Below are positions 42,108 to 55,977 of a DNA stretch of 64,000 nucleotides, piece after piece. The translations under genes and the position numbers were made by a program. A model generated the notes under the pieces. The model ran no database searches. It saw nothing but the letters and a program-made list of their open reading frames with translations, and was not told where the DNA came from. Origin of the DNA: Neoconidiobolus thromboides FSU 785 (lineage: Eukaryota; Fungi; Entomophthoromycota); assembly GCA_025603075.1 (NCBI GenBank), contig MU626324.1, positions 1-64,000 of the forward strand, read 5' to 3'. The stretch's first letter is position 1; every line of letters starts with the position of its first letter.

Positions 42108-43079
42108 TATGATACTTCTTTTTTATTGAAAAATTGAAGAAATCTCAAATAAAGTGGTGTTTAATTTGAATTAAAAGTTAATAAACAGAGATTATTAAAA
42201 TTTGTTTTATTTTATTTATGAAAATCTTTGTAATTTTTATCGAGAAGAACTAATTCCTTAATTTAGTAGCTTTAAATTTTACTGATTATTATTTCAATCT
42301 TTTGAATGTAATATGAGCTATAACGTGACTTGAGAATTAAGGTGTTTTGGTATTATATAAGCGAATATATGAATTTTTTTGAGATAAAAACTATTATGTT
42401 GAGAATTTAATATTTTAAAATATTTAATATTTTAACAATAAACAATAGTAAGTAATTAGAATCGAGAAGTTATGAGTCATGATTTTAAAAATTTATTCTT
42501 TCAAAATAATATGAAATTGGACTATTTTACTGGTAATTAATTATGATACTCCTTTGGTAATTGAGCAATTAACTAGAAATATTTATTAAGTATACTAGAT
42601 CTTATTCAAATAGGATTTAGTAAAGTTTTATTCACTAATATTAGCGAGGTAAGTTCTTAATCTTATTTTTTACTTTGCTAAATTGAATAATATAGAATTA
42701 AAGTTTTAAGAGTTGAATTTTGAAATATTAAAAAAATATAGACAGATAAAGATCTTTTTCCTCCTTTTATTTAATATAAAAAAGCCCATAAATACTTTAA
42801 CTTATGGTTGTTTAAAAAAACTCTACAAAAATTAGCTTATAAAAGAGGCCTTATAAATCAATTTAATAACAGGCCCTGTTATCTTTCATAAAATATAAAA
42901 ATCTAGATAATAATAACACCAGACTATATCTTTTTGATGATAGCTTTGTTTTTTATCTGAGCCTTTATTTAAATATTTATATTGTTTAAAAGCTGATAAT
43001 AACGTATTAGTAATTCGTTATAAACTATAATATTATATAAAAAGTTTTAAAATATTCTATCAGTTTTATTTTTATAAAT

Positions 43080-43168
43080 GGGGTATTTTTTCCAGTTTCA
43101 TCACTTTTTCCTTTCTTTAAGTACTATTTAAGCGGAAAAATTCTTAGTAAAGTTCTTAATATGTCCCC
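43080..43168 (+). mobile_element. MITE copy 9 (internal deletion near right TIR)
   Basis: GGGG...CCCC termini, flanked by AAAT/AAAT. Confidence 0.8.
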
Positions 43169-43886
43169 AAATTTTAAATTTAATTTTTTTATATTTTGGC
43201 TAACAAATAAGATAATGATAAGTTAATAACTTTAGCTAAAATAGGCTAATAAGTTTGCTTTTGAAATGCACCTGAATTATTTATTATATAAGTTATCTTT
43301 ATTATATAAATATCAAAATTGTTTTGAAAGTGCATCAAGTTATTTTTGAGGTCACATACTTGAATCTATCTTCAACCTTTGTTTCTTACTACCAAATCTT
43401 TATAAGTAATGAATAGTAGTTACTGAAAGGGCACTCTTTTTTAATAAGATTTTGTCAAATTAGTTTTTTTAAATTCATTTAAAAAAGCATTTAAAATAAT
43501 AGTCTTTTTAAATTTTAATCCAAAATTGTCATTTTTTATTTTAAATTAATATTGTTATGAGGAAAAAAGCTAGGAACTCGAAAATTTAAAATAATAAAGC
43601 TCATGTCTAATTTTATTATATTCGAAGTTTAAAAGTTTTCAAAATGTTTCTAAAGAATTATAAAAAATTTATTTAAGCTTTTGATTTATCTATGTTATCA
43701 AATAATTTAAAAAAATAAAATCAAAAAATCAATCTTTTGATTTTATATCTACAAAAAAGAAAATAAAACTTTGGAAATTTATTTATATTATTCTTAATAT
43801 CTCTTCAATATAAAAAACAAAAGTTATAAAAACAAGAAGTAAAAAAGGAAAAGGCAATAAAGTTAACTAAAAGAGTACGATTGAAA

Positions 43887-46800
43887 ATGGATCCCAAAAC
43901 AGAAGAAAATGAGCGGCTAAATACATTGTATGCTGTGACTAGTTTTTGCAATAAATTACCTACTCAAACAAGTCACGAAGAGGCCAAGGCAGTAGTGATG
44001 CAACTAGTAAAGCTGATACTAAAGCAGCAAGGTGATTTTATTGTTGTTAAATATTAATAAAATTAAACACTTTTTTAGCCACGAATTCTACTAACTTGTT
44101 AACGTCTATCAATCTTATACAATATCTAGTCGTAAATCATGCCAAAAAATTGGTGGATATTGTGATTTATCCAGACTTCAATAATGTGGGCAACAAAGTG
44201 GATATAGAGCCAGATAGCAGGTTTGAGGACAATGAATATGATGAGGATGACTTAACAATCACACCATCACAGAATATCATAATTGAAACTTTCATGACAC
44301 ATAAATTTTTACACTCCGAAGACGAAATACCAAACTGTAATGTTGATTACTTAATCACTTATTGTATTTTGAGATTATTTTCTAAAGAAGAGTTAGATAA
44401 TAAATGTTTGGAAATATCCAATGAAACATTGAAAAATATTATTAGTGTCTATTATAAAGATTTCGAGTTTACCCATGCCTATATTTATTTTACCCACCTT
44501 TGGGCATGTTTGAAATGTAATCATCTTTATTATTTTTAAGTTTGAGATTAATCTTTTAGGTACTGTTGTGTGTATTTTAAATGAAACGTTCGACCAAGAA
44601 AAACTCAAACCCCGAGACATATATTCAGCTGAAATCGATAAATTGACAGAGCGTTTTTATAGTGATATACCCCTTAAAAATGCAGTACTTAAGGTAATTT
44701 TTTAAATCAGCTATTTTTATTGAATCTCATCTTTTTAGAAATTCAAATTTTGTCTTCAACCGGAAATAACAAGTATTAAAAATGCATTAGCTTATTTGAA
44801 AAGACTTGCTAAAATTATATTATACATGATGGAGCAATATGAAGGGCTATCAAACTACTGCCCAAGGATGCTTGACTTCTTTATCCAATTGTATCAAGAT
44901 AGAGATGATACTGAAATCTTAGAGGTAATAGTTTGTCAATAATTGCTCACAATGGATTTACTTCTTTATAATAGGTTTTAATCTTAATGAGCAATGTTGA
45001 CGAATTTGATTCATGGGTTCGCCCTTATAGCAAAACTCTACAGCAGAACATTTTTGAATCAGTGCTATTCTATGCCTCTAATTCACTTAGAAACCAAATT
45101 ACTTTGTAAGTTTGTTATTTTGTTTATTTATCATACTAAATTTTTGTAAAGAACAGAAAAGGAAAAAGAAAATCTTATAAGGCAGGAAAGAATTTTTAGC
45201 AGAGCTCTACCTCTTGCTTCACGATCCAGCTATTCCCACGGACAAACTAACTTTCCCAGTACTGATTATTTACATAATCTTGTAACAACTTTTTATCATT
45301 CACCTCCTTATGATGTTGCCATTCTAGTAAGTTTCGATAGATATATCTAAGCTAATATTAAATTTTTATTAGATATCATTATGCAAGTATTTATGCAAGT
45401 ATTTAAGTTCTTTTAGTGATTACCACTTAATTGAAAAGTTAGGATATAACTTTAAATTCCCAACAATTCATTCACAGCTATTTAATTTGATGGGATTAAA
45501 CCAACTTATTCAGTATTATTGGAAAGAAGAAGTTTTTGATGGAGAATTTTATTTTGATATTAACCCAGTAAGTTTATTTTTATTATAAAAGCTATTCAAT
45601 TTTTGACTTTTTTGTAATAGGATATTTTAGAGCATAACAATGAAGATGGCTATACAGATTCAGAACTAGAAGCTGAAGAAATGGGGTAGCTAAAAGTTTT
45701 TGTATTTATTCAAATAATTAATAGGATTCAATTCATTAGGATTACAAAGAAGTTCAAGATATCACATAACAAAGAAACACTCATCAGTAGCACAAAGCCC
45801 CGTAAAATAGGTAGAGGAAGATTCTCAGTGACAGAAAATCTCGATATAATAGATGAAATGATAATCGATGGTAGCCAGAGAAGTAATTTTGAAGCTACAG
45901 TATTGGGCTTTTTAAGTTTGTCTTTTAAAGCATGCTATCAAAAAATTACTAAAGAGGGTAGTTTGGATTGCAGCGATTTTCTTGCTTTTAGTGAGCTATT
46001 CACTACTTTTGGCACTTCACGTTTTAAAGATTATGCTTTCATCTTGGAAAAGTTCCTTGACCTTGCTATGGATGCCATAAAGCTATGGATTGAAGTAAAT
46101 TGATCTATGTGAATGAATAATTATTTAATGAGCTTAACTTTAGGAAATTAGTAATGACATTGAATCTTTTTGCTTAAAAAATGTAGTCAGTTTTATTAGA
46201 GATATTTCTATCTTAGCTACTATTAATACAAAATACACAGGTAATTTTATTAATACAAAGATACAAAGGATTAATTTTTATAGGAGAAAATGCTATTAAG
46301 TTTTATAAGATTTTTTCAGCAGTATGGAGCTATGAACTAGAAACTTCTAATATCGACTTTAACATTGAAAATCGAGAAGTAGATTCAAAAATGATTGAAA
46401 TGCGTGATGAATATATTATTGAGCTTGGAAACATATTAGGTGGATACAAAATTGATTTGAGTAAGGTAAAAAATGACCAAACAGTTTATAACTCTATGTT
46501 ACTTGAAACATTAAAAGGCTTTTCTTGCTTGAAAATTGATAATTTCTCCTTTATTAAAGGATATGCTTTATTGGTATCCCTTGCAAAACCAGAGTCAGAC
46601 GAACTTAACATTGAAGCTCGTCGATTAAGCCCCATTTTTATTCAAACTAGTCCCGATAAATCAAAAAAAAAACTTTTCCAAGGGATTTTGGAATTCTTGA
46701 AGTAAATTAATACATTAAATCTTTACTTTTTTAATCATTGTACACTAGGCCTGTACCTATAGATGATGTTCATAATGCTGACGAGATTAATTATGGTTCA

Positions 46801-49800
46801 GTTAGAACTTTTGGTATGTTATTTTGCGCCTATTCTGGCTTATGCGAAAATCCAAGTAGTGTATTTGATGGTGACTCAAACATTATGTTTTGTAATTTGT
46901 GCGATGTTGTATCTTCAAATAACCCTCATAGAAATTCTAAGGTAAAAAATACATTAAGTAGGAAGCATCTAATAGATAAGGAGCTCTTAAAAAGTTTTGA
47001 TTGGAGTGTCTACTTAACATATCTAGATAGTAGAAATGCTTCTTTAATAAGAGAATTATGTATGAATAGTTTCTATAAAATCATTTCTCATTCCCCATCA
47101 ATTGATCTTAGCAAAGACATTCCTGTGATCATCAATGTTTGTTTTAACTTTTTAAAGGATGCTAGTCATAAAGTAAGACATATAGCTAACTTAATATTAG
47201 TAAAGACTGTAGAATCTGAAAATAAGGCTGAGATTAAAGAAATTAATTATCGGATAGTATTTGATAAAATTGAAGCAAGCTTTATTGATTCTAGTAAATT
47301 CGCAAGTAGAAATATTCTTTATTCATTAATAGATGAGCTTGCGTTTAATGCACCCGAATTTATATTAGCTAAAATTATAGATTTACTAATCAAATTACTT
47401 ATGGACGCTAATGTTATAGATGCAGCGATGATCAGTAATCGAATTCAAAATATTGAAAGGAATAAAAAAACTTGTCTTAAAGAGATTTTTGAGCCACTGT
47501 GGGATTATTTGGTTCCGACCATATTAATTGATTTAGAAAAGGGACGTCGTGCTATTAAAAAGTTAGCACATTTAATGGGATTTTATGTTAGTGATTTAGC
47601 TCAAATAATACATCCCTTTATTTTGCCACAAATTATGTTGAATTGTGATACCAAGAGTTTAGATATTTTGTGTTTGGTTAGTGCTCAAGGCCCAAATGAA
47701 AATACAGAAGTAAATTTAGATTCGACTGAAATTGCTAGGTTGAGGGCTAGTATATGTTTAGCCAATTTAGATAAAATTTTGTCTATTTTACTTCTTGACT
47801 TGAAGAATAATGATGAGCCTATGAGTTTGTTTCTACAGATTGTATCTGAGGAAGATAAACCTTTTTCACTTGCCAAAGCGATAAAGTACTGCACTGATGA
47901 TTTGGTAGAAAATTTAGTGTTTGAGCTCGGAAGTCCAGATAATATAAGGAAGAAAGAAGTAAAGAAAATTTTAAGTTAGCTATATTTTATACTTATTTGA
48001 TTTAGGCTCTTGACGCTTTAAGTTTAGTAGCTAATGCTCTAGATGAATCCAACGGTCAAAATGAAGCAAAAAGTGAAGTAAAAGACTTGTTAGCATCAAA
48101 ATTCATGGGATTTGTTTCAAGGTTTAATATCAAATTGATGAATAAAACAGATAATACAATAAACTCTATTCATCTAAAAATGATCACTGGTGTAGATCGA
48201 GTCATTTCAATAATTGATTCAAGGGTAGATGAGTATGTAACCCAAATACAGGCATTTTTAAGAACTATATTGAGATTTAGAAAGCACCTCACCATTGCTT
48301 TAGAAGTTTGGAAAAATTACATATTTACTCTTGATGAAAGGTCTTTAGCTTTGGTACTAAATGTAGCAGTAGTAACCTTGACAGAGATTTATAGTAAACT
48401 TTCAAAAAAGCAAAAAAGAATCGTAATAGAGATATTGGATGACATATTTAAAAGGTGCTCGGAGGATCGTTCGCTCAATGATTTATCTTTCAAAAAAGAA
48501 GATTACTTGAAATGTATAGGGGAACTTAGTTTACTTCCAGAGAATATTGAAGAGTTCTCAAAGTACAACAAAAAGATTAAAAAACTAAATTCTACAAAAA
48601 ACATTGAAGAGCTCGCTAATCTCCTAATCAGTAATACGAATCACCTAAATAGAGTAGGAAGAGAAAGAGCATTAGAGAAGCTTTATGAGTTTCTATGTGA
48701 TAACCAAGATGTGATATCAAGTTGGGCAATCGAAGTTCCAACAAATACAGTTATTGATAATGCTATTAAACAGCTGATGGACATAATTCACAAACATAAA
48801 GAGCAAGATGATGAAAAAACCAGATATTTAGTTGCTAAATGCTTTGGGGCTATTGGAGCTATTGATCCAAATTGTTTCGAATTTAAACACACACCAAAAA
48901 GAAAATTAATGTTGTTCGATCCTGATTCTAAAGATTCATGCATGAAACTTGCCGCAGATCTAATAAGTAGTAAATTAGTTGAGTTATACCACAAATCGGA
49001 AAATTACTCTGTTCAAATATCGATATCATACTGTTTGCAGGAGTTAATTTCTTTATGTTCATTTGATGATCCAGATATGGATAGTAAGGAGTATAATACA
49101 GATAAAACAATATCACCTAGACTTTGGTTTAGCTTTCCACAATCCACAAGAGAAACACTTCAAGCTTTTACGAGAACTAGACTATCAACTTGGCCTTCAA
49201 CCGCAGAAAAACTTGTATATCCTTATTATAGCCCAGGATTAAATTTCCAAACATGGGTCAAGTCATGGACCATGGATCTCATTGATTATATAGAAGGGGA
49301 GTATTCTAGTCAGCTTTTCAAGCCTTGTTATTATTCAGCGAGTAGCTTTATTGACATTTCGCTCTTTTTATTACCATATATTATATTGACATTGATTGTT
49401 AGAAACAATATAAATATAAAAGTGGGACTTTCAAAGGAATTTAACGCTATTTTAGATATATGGGAAGAAGCCGATAAGTTTAAAGATAAAAAGCTTGATC
49501 CACAGCCAATCCATTTAATTATTAATATTATTGAAGGCTTGAGTCAAATCAAAATGGATATGGAAATACATTTATTTGAGATGTATAATGGTGTATATGG
49601 GGATAGTCTTGGTATGATTAAAAAAAGTATAGAAAAAGATGAAGCTTATTCTAGGTTAAAGAACTTTATCAAAGATATATCGCCATTCAAATTGGCAAAA
49701 GCGGCTATTAATTCAAACTGTTATTATGAGGCTTCGAAATATTTAGAGCAATGCATTAAAATTGAAGAAGCTAAAAATAACTCAAATCAGAAAGTACTAG

Positions 49801-52800
49801 GTGATTTGAATGATGATCTACATTTTGTCTATTCAAAAATAAATGATGAGGATAGTGCAAAGGCAATAATAGATAAATTGGATACCAAAACTATCGAACA
49901 TAAAGTTCGAAATTATGAAGCTATTAAAAATTGGTTAGCAGTAGAAACGAGCTATGAAACATTAAGTAGAAGCAATTCGACCAATTTGGAGAATCAGGTT
50001 GGTTTTACAAATTGTTTGCAAAAATTAGGCTATCATGGGTTAACTAAAAACTATATTCAAGAAATCATTGGGAAGGATCCGGAACGGGAAGCAGATAGTG
50101 GATTAATGAGAGTATTGGATGAATGCTCTTGGAGGGTTTGTAGTTGGGGCGACCCGGATAAGTACTTGAACGATAACACTTTCGATAACGTTGATAAATC
50201 CTTAGGCCAAACATTACTTTCATTTAAAAAGAATAACGGAAAGGGATTTGATGCTGTCAAACTAGAAAATACATGGATGAAGATGTTACCAGATTTTACA
50301 ATAACTATGGATAAGTCATATACTGATGGCTATGAGTCATTAATGTGGGCTCATATGCTATATGAAGTTGAAGACTTTAACAAGTCTTTAGGTGAAGCAG
50401 TTAATAATGAAGATCAAATTGATATAATAAAAAACAAAGCGGCCAAATGGGATTCAAGGCTAAAGGTGGTAGCCCCAACTTATAAAGCTCAAGAAAAAAT
50501 ATTGAATTTGCAACGATCATTGGTTACCATGTATACTAGTCTTCCAGCACCGACAACTTATAATACTCAAACTGTAAGGGCCTCGGACAAAATTAAAGAA
50601 GCTTTGGCTATTAATTTAGTCAAAAGTTCAAAAATTTCAAGAAAAGGAGGATACTACCAAACCTCATTAATTTCTATCCATGAATTCCCAGAATCTGATA
50701 ATCCCCTTTTTATCATAGAGAAGGCAAAATGGTATCGAGGTCAAAACGATATACATAGTGCAATGAGAGTTTTGTCCAACAAGCTTAAAACTGATAATGC
50801 AGAAAAGGAGATTGATTCGAAGCGCTCTAGTAGAAATGGATTTGTTAAAGATGATAAAAATATCTCAGAAATTCGACTTGAATTGATAAAATATCAAATT
50901 GAAGCTAATACTGAGAGTTATGTAGATATCCTTGGTGAATTGGATAAAGTTATTAAAAGTCAACCACATTGGGATAAAGCCCATTATATATCAGCGCTTT
51001 ATTATTTAAATCAAATGGAAGATGAATTAAATGGGCGTGAAGAAAATATTAAATATGACTCTTTAGTACTTAATCTATCAAATGCTGCGGAGCATACCCT
51101 AAAATGTTTGATGAGTAGCTCCAAATATATTTATCAATTACTTCCAAGAATTATTACTTATTGGTTGGATTATTGTGACACAACTTCAGTCAAAGAATAT
51201 AACAAAAAATATGTAGATCTGGTGAATAAATATTTAAAGGGTATGGCTGAAAAACTAAAACCTTACCAATTCTTACCAGTATTGTCTCAATTAATATCAA
51301 GAGTATGTGTAGGATGCAAAGACTTATATAAAATACTTAGTGCTATGATCATAAAGATATTTATAGCATATCCCGATCAAACATTATGGGGATTTTTTAG
51401 TTCATTTTTATCAGAAGACAAGACTAGAAAAGCGCTTAGTATTAAAATAATTGATAAAAGTTCACAAGAAAATAGTAGAGTAGGGGAAATTTACAAGGAA
51501 ATGTTGAAGTTTGAAAGGTTTTTACTTCAACTCAAAAAACTATCTCGAAGCGAAAATCTAAGACCAGGGGCATATAAATTACAAGATGTTATACCTAATT
51601 TTGATACTAAATATCAATTTACTTCATTGTTAATTCCAATAGAATCTCAACTAAAGTTTACCTTACCAAATGATATGAACACGAATTATGATAATAATTT
51701 GAACTTCAACCCTTATAATAACAATTTGATTACAATGAATGGATTTGGTTCAAAGTTACTAGTTATGCCATCAATGATGCGTCCCATCAGATTTGAAATT
51801 AAAGGAAGTGATGGAAATTTATACAGATTTTTATGTAAACCAAAAGATGACTTAAGGAAAGATGCTAGATTAATGGAGTTTTGTAATATATTGAATAAAA
51901 TGTTTTATAAAAATCCGGAAAGTCGAATGAGACACATTAATATCAAAACATTCACTGCACTTCCTATTAATAATTCGGTAGGATTGGTTGAATGGGTGAA
52001 CGATACAGAATGTGTTAAGACTATTATTACAAGTGAATTAAATAAGATAGGTATTGGAGGCAATGATTTATACCTTACTTTAAAAAATGTCCTTGATGCC
52101 AAATTAGCAACTACAAGAGTCAAAAGGATAGATAAGTTTGAGAACAAAGCTAAACCGGCATGTCCACCAGTCTTAATAAATTGGTTTTATAGGCAGTTTC
52201 CTAACGCTGAAGAGTTATATATTGCAAGGAATAAATTTGCACATTCTTTAGCAGCTATGTCAATAGTTGGCTACATTGTCGGCTTAGGTGATAGGCATGG
52301 AGAAAATTTGATGGTAGATACAAAAAGTGGCCAAGTAATGCATGTGGATTTTTCGTGCCTATTCGAACAAGGGCTTGATTTGAGTGTACCAGAGCTTGTC
52401 CCATTTAGATTGACTCATAATTTCGAAGCAATTTTAGGACCCTCAGGATGTGAAGGTGCTTTCCGTACAACATGTGAGATTGTATTACAAATCATGACTG
52501 ATAATAAGCAGATTTTAACATCCAACTTAACTACCTTTTTACATGACCCGTTGGTTGACTTTAATAAGATCCGTCAACCAGCTGATCCTAGTGCTATTAA
52601 TTTTATTGATGCAATTAGAACTGAAAGAATGAGGTTTTTAGAAGAGAAATCCAAAAAACGGCCTCATCCCCGTTTATCCGAGTTTGCACCTGTAAATTCG
52701 CCAATAGCTTTGTGGGTCCTTAAGAGAATTTCTTATAAATTGGATGGTGGATATGGAACTAATATTAAATTATCCCGAAGTGGTTTAGTGACTAGATTGA

Positions 52801-52865
52801 TTAAAGAAGCCACAGACTCAGAGAATTTGTTCTTAATGTATATTGGCTGGGGTAGCGTCTACTAA
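43887..52865 (+). CDS. MEC1: ATR/MEC1/Rad3 PIKK checkpoint kinase
   Basis: Intron-rich 5' part joins in frame to a 4860-nt terminal exon (48006-52865). Has UME-like and FAT regions, kinase motifs (KPKDDLRKDARLMEF, YIVGLGDRHGEN, HVDFSCLF, VPFRLT) and FATC (NLFLMYIGW). The exact start and 5' exon structure are less certain. Confidence 0.92.
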
Positions 52866-52989
52866 AATTAAGTCAAAATAAAACTATTGATCTTATGTAA
52901 GTGAAATTGTTTGTTTATTTTGTTATAAAATAGGTTCGATTTTAATATCTTTTTACCTTATATCTAACTATACTGTTTGCTAAACATGT

Positions 52990-53088
52990 GGGGGTATATT
53001 TTTTCACTTAAGAATTTTACTAGTAATTTTTCCACTCAAATGGTACTTAAAAAATGAAAAAAATAATGAAACCAAAAAAAACATCCCC
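52990..53088 (-). mobile_element. MITE copy 10
   Basis: Reverse orientation; flanks ATGT/ATAT (one transition). Confidence 0.85.
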
Positions 53089-53614
53089 ATATAGTGCCCA
53101 AAATACTGTCAATGGCTGTGATGATGAGATTACTGATGGTTACCGTATTTGAACCATTATTAAACAATAAAAGTGTTATTAATGAATCTCCAATCAAAAG
53201 TGAGTCCAAAAAAACCACAAACATATATAATATTATAGGTCGTTAGTCATTTTATTTTCTTTATGAAATATGTTTTTTATAGTTTATTTTAAATCTAAAA
53301 CTCGGAATTTTTTCTATGAATATAAAACAAACTAGAAATAAATATAATATTAAAAGGCAGTAATTAATATGGTGATCTCTTATTTAATTTCATTTATTTG
53401 GTTGTTTTTGAATCTATTGAGTGGAAATTTTATTAATAGAGTCTTTAAACAAAAAAAAGATGTGCATGTGTTTTGAGTTAGCTGTATTTTAGTTATGATT
53501 CTTTTGAACTAAAATATGATTTGTAACTTATTTTAAAATATCATTAATATAAAATAGAGAAGTATGAATTTAATAGTAACTGAAATTGAAAGGTATCCCT
53601 TGTAGCAAGAATAG

Positions 53615-54242
53615 CTATTCCTCTTTTTCGCCTTCAGCATTAAGAGTAGCAGGGATGTTTGAATTGGTGTTTTCTTTATGATTAGTACTATTACTACTAT
53701 TGTTTAAATTATTGTTTTGTGTAGTTGCATTATTTAATGAAGCTTGGATAGCTGCTAATGTGTTTTCTTTTTGTGCTTGTTTACTATTCTTAGCATTATT
53801 GATTAAGCCGACTTTTCCAATATAACTATTGGAGATATTTGGTTTACGAATAGTCCTGATTTCTTCAGATGCAAATCCTGGTATTCTTATATTCCAATTT
53901 CTCTCTGTTTATTATTAAATTACTTAATCCTATATTTATTTTTGATTTTATTTACCTAAATGAAGCTGCACGTCTTTTACTTCCAAATTTTGTGTTTTAC
54001 GGTGCTTGGCTAATCGACATGCTGTACCTACAACGCTTTCAATAAATTCATCTGCTATTTCTAATAAAATCTATATATAAAAATTAACTGTCTAGCCATT
54101 GAAATATTCTTTTACTTACATCTTCTGCGTCTGGATCCATTCTTTCTAATGGGTTTATTTTGCTAACCAAATCTTGTATTCTACGCTTTGACACCAATTT
54201 TGTGTTTTCACTCATCCCTATAGTGCGTGGTTTTGGTTGCAT
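53615..54242 (-). CDS. TAF12: TFIID/SAGA subunit TAF12 (histone fold)
   Basis: [25 protein letters not shown]|[38 protein letters not shown]|[11 protein letters not shown] across two introns. Confidence 0.94.
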
Positions 54243-54386
54243 TGTTAAAAAATGAAAATGAAATTTTACAAAATTAGAAATAAAATGTAATCTCATCTAA
54301 AACGATTGGCTTGAATGCACCAATAAAATAGAAGACGTAATTTTTTTAAAAATAACTTGGATGATGGTTTCTTTCATCGTTTTACT

Positions 54387-55374
54387 ATGAGTAGTATAAA
54401 TTTATTATTAAACTATACTTTAATAAATGAGGGTAGCCTTCATCCAAGCATCAAATATAGATTGAAGCTGGTTGAGAACAGAGAAATAAAGGAGGATAGT
54501 AAGAATAGCCAAAGTAACAATATATTAAATATAATCAATAAAATAACAAACAAGAAGGAAGATGAGCGTCAAGATAAGTGTAAAAATAATAATTATTTAA
54601 TAATAATCCATCAAAAAATCACTAAAGATTTATTTGTCGATCCCTATCAACTAGAACAGCACAAAGAATATTACAAAGATTATTTCAAAAATAAAAATAT
54701 AGGTATTCAGTTAATTTATTCTAAGTTAGATTTAGAGTTACCAATTTACGAAGTCAATGATAGCTTTGTTAATTATTTTCAACTGTTATGGAATGTTAAC
54801 AATTTCACCAATAAAAACGAAATTAAATTTACATTACCATTACATTTAAGATATAGAAAACCAAATTATGATACTAGATATGAGATAATTAATATAAATC
54901 CCCCTAATTTGAGCTTAATGTGTTTAAATGGTAACTATTGATTATATTTTAATTTTCTTTAAGCTAACTATTTTAGATGTCAATTATAATACAAATAATT
55001 ATAATAATTTGATTGATAATATAAACAATGTAAAGCAAATGCCATACAACTTAGCTCTATTTAATAGTAATATGGATATAAACGATAAAAACGTTATTTT
55101 AGTTAATAATACCAATGATAATTATAATTTACGAAAGATTAATAAACAAGAATACTACTTCCCAAATAACAATTTAGCTTTACCAAAAATGAAAATAAGA
55201 GCACCAAATGGAGATTTAAATTATGAAATAATAGTCGGTATAATCACTTTATTATCCTTATTAATAGTCATTTATTACTTGATAACCAGTATCAAATCTT
55301 ATTCTCCAAAAAAGAATTTACTGTCTCCCCCTAATTCACCTACTTCATTAAAGCTTAAAAATAAAAACAACTAA
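54387..55374 (+). CDS. PBN1: PIG-X/PBN1 GPI-mannosyltransferase I accessory subunit
   Basis: GSLHP, DLFVDPYQL, DLELP, LPLHLRYRKP and a C-terminal TM helix; one intron near 54930-54977. The start codon is uncertain. Confidence 0.75.
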
Positions 55375-55391
55375 AGTTTGATTTATTTATT

Positions 55392-55628
55392 TCAGTTTCT
55401 ACCTAAGGCGCCTAAGGCACCACCACCAAATACATTTCCTAACATCTCTTGAATTAAATTAACTGGAATAAATGGACCCATCACCCTTGGTGCAAAGTTT
55501 TGAGTAGTTGAAATTGGACCCCACGTACCTGACGTGACCTCAGTTGGATTGCTATTATTATCTGCTGGAGCACCAATTATAAGACTAAGAGATAATAATA
55601 AACAAAATAAATAAGCTGTGATGTTCAT
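55392..55628 (-). CDS. 78-aa predicted secreted small protein, unknown function
   Basis: Single exon. Signal-peptide-like MNITAYLFCLLLSLSLIIGA followed by a Gly/Pro/Thr-containing mature part; GC-richer and more coding-like than its flanks. Confidence 0.65.
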   Translation of the reverse strand: MNITAYLFCLLLSLSLIIGAPADNNSNPTEVTSGTWGPISTTQNFAPRVMGPFIPVNLIQEMLGNVFGGGALGALGRN

Positions 55629-55977
55629 TAGTTGTATAATTTTTATTTTATTTTTATTTTGTATTTATAGTGTTCTAATTTAATTTATGAGTTACTCAAG
55701 TTTGAATTGTCTTTAATTTTTTAACGGTTCTGATTTTATATATCAAATTAATAATTAATTTCAGTAAGTGTATCAATTAATTATTTATAAATAGTTGCTC
55801 ATTCTTATTTATAGCATATATTAATATTTATAATATATCAAATATTATGATGTACGCCATTATTTATATTTCATTTAAATTACGACGAAAAAGTATTTAC
55901 AAAGAATGACTAATTTAAATTAACTTTTTTTAATTTAACAAAATAAAATAACAAACTTTAGATCTTAAAAAACGATA

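Noticed and set aside
42866-42882. Palindrome ATAACAGG-C-CCTGTTAT; also AGAGCATGCTCT at 26292-26303
   Set aside because: Both are short and single-copy, with no supporting context.
43887-46705. A separate gene upstream of ATR
   Set aside because: Canonical introns join these exons in frame to the ATR body (for example EFLK|PVPIDD), so one gene is more parsimonious.
53110-53230. Box C-like GTGATGA followed by CTGA (possible C/D snoRNA), and the overlapping 62-aa minus ORF
   Set aside because: There is no terminal D box, terminal stem or recognisable guide. The ORF runs into MITE copy 10 and has no recognisable homology.
54243-54296. Upstream in-frame ATG extending TAF12
   Set aside because: The extension is low-complexity and T-rich and would leave almost no promoter between the divergent genes; 54242 is preferred.
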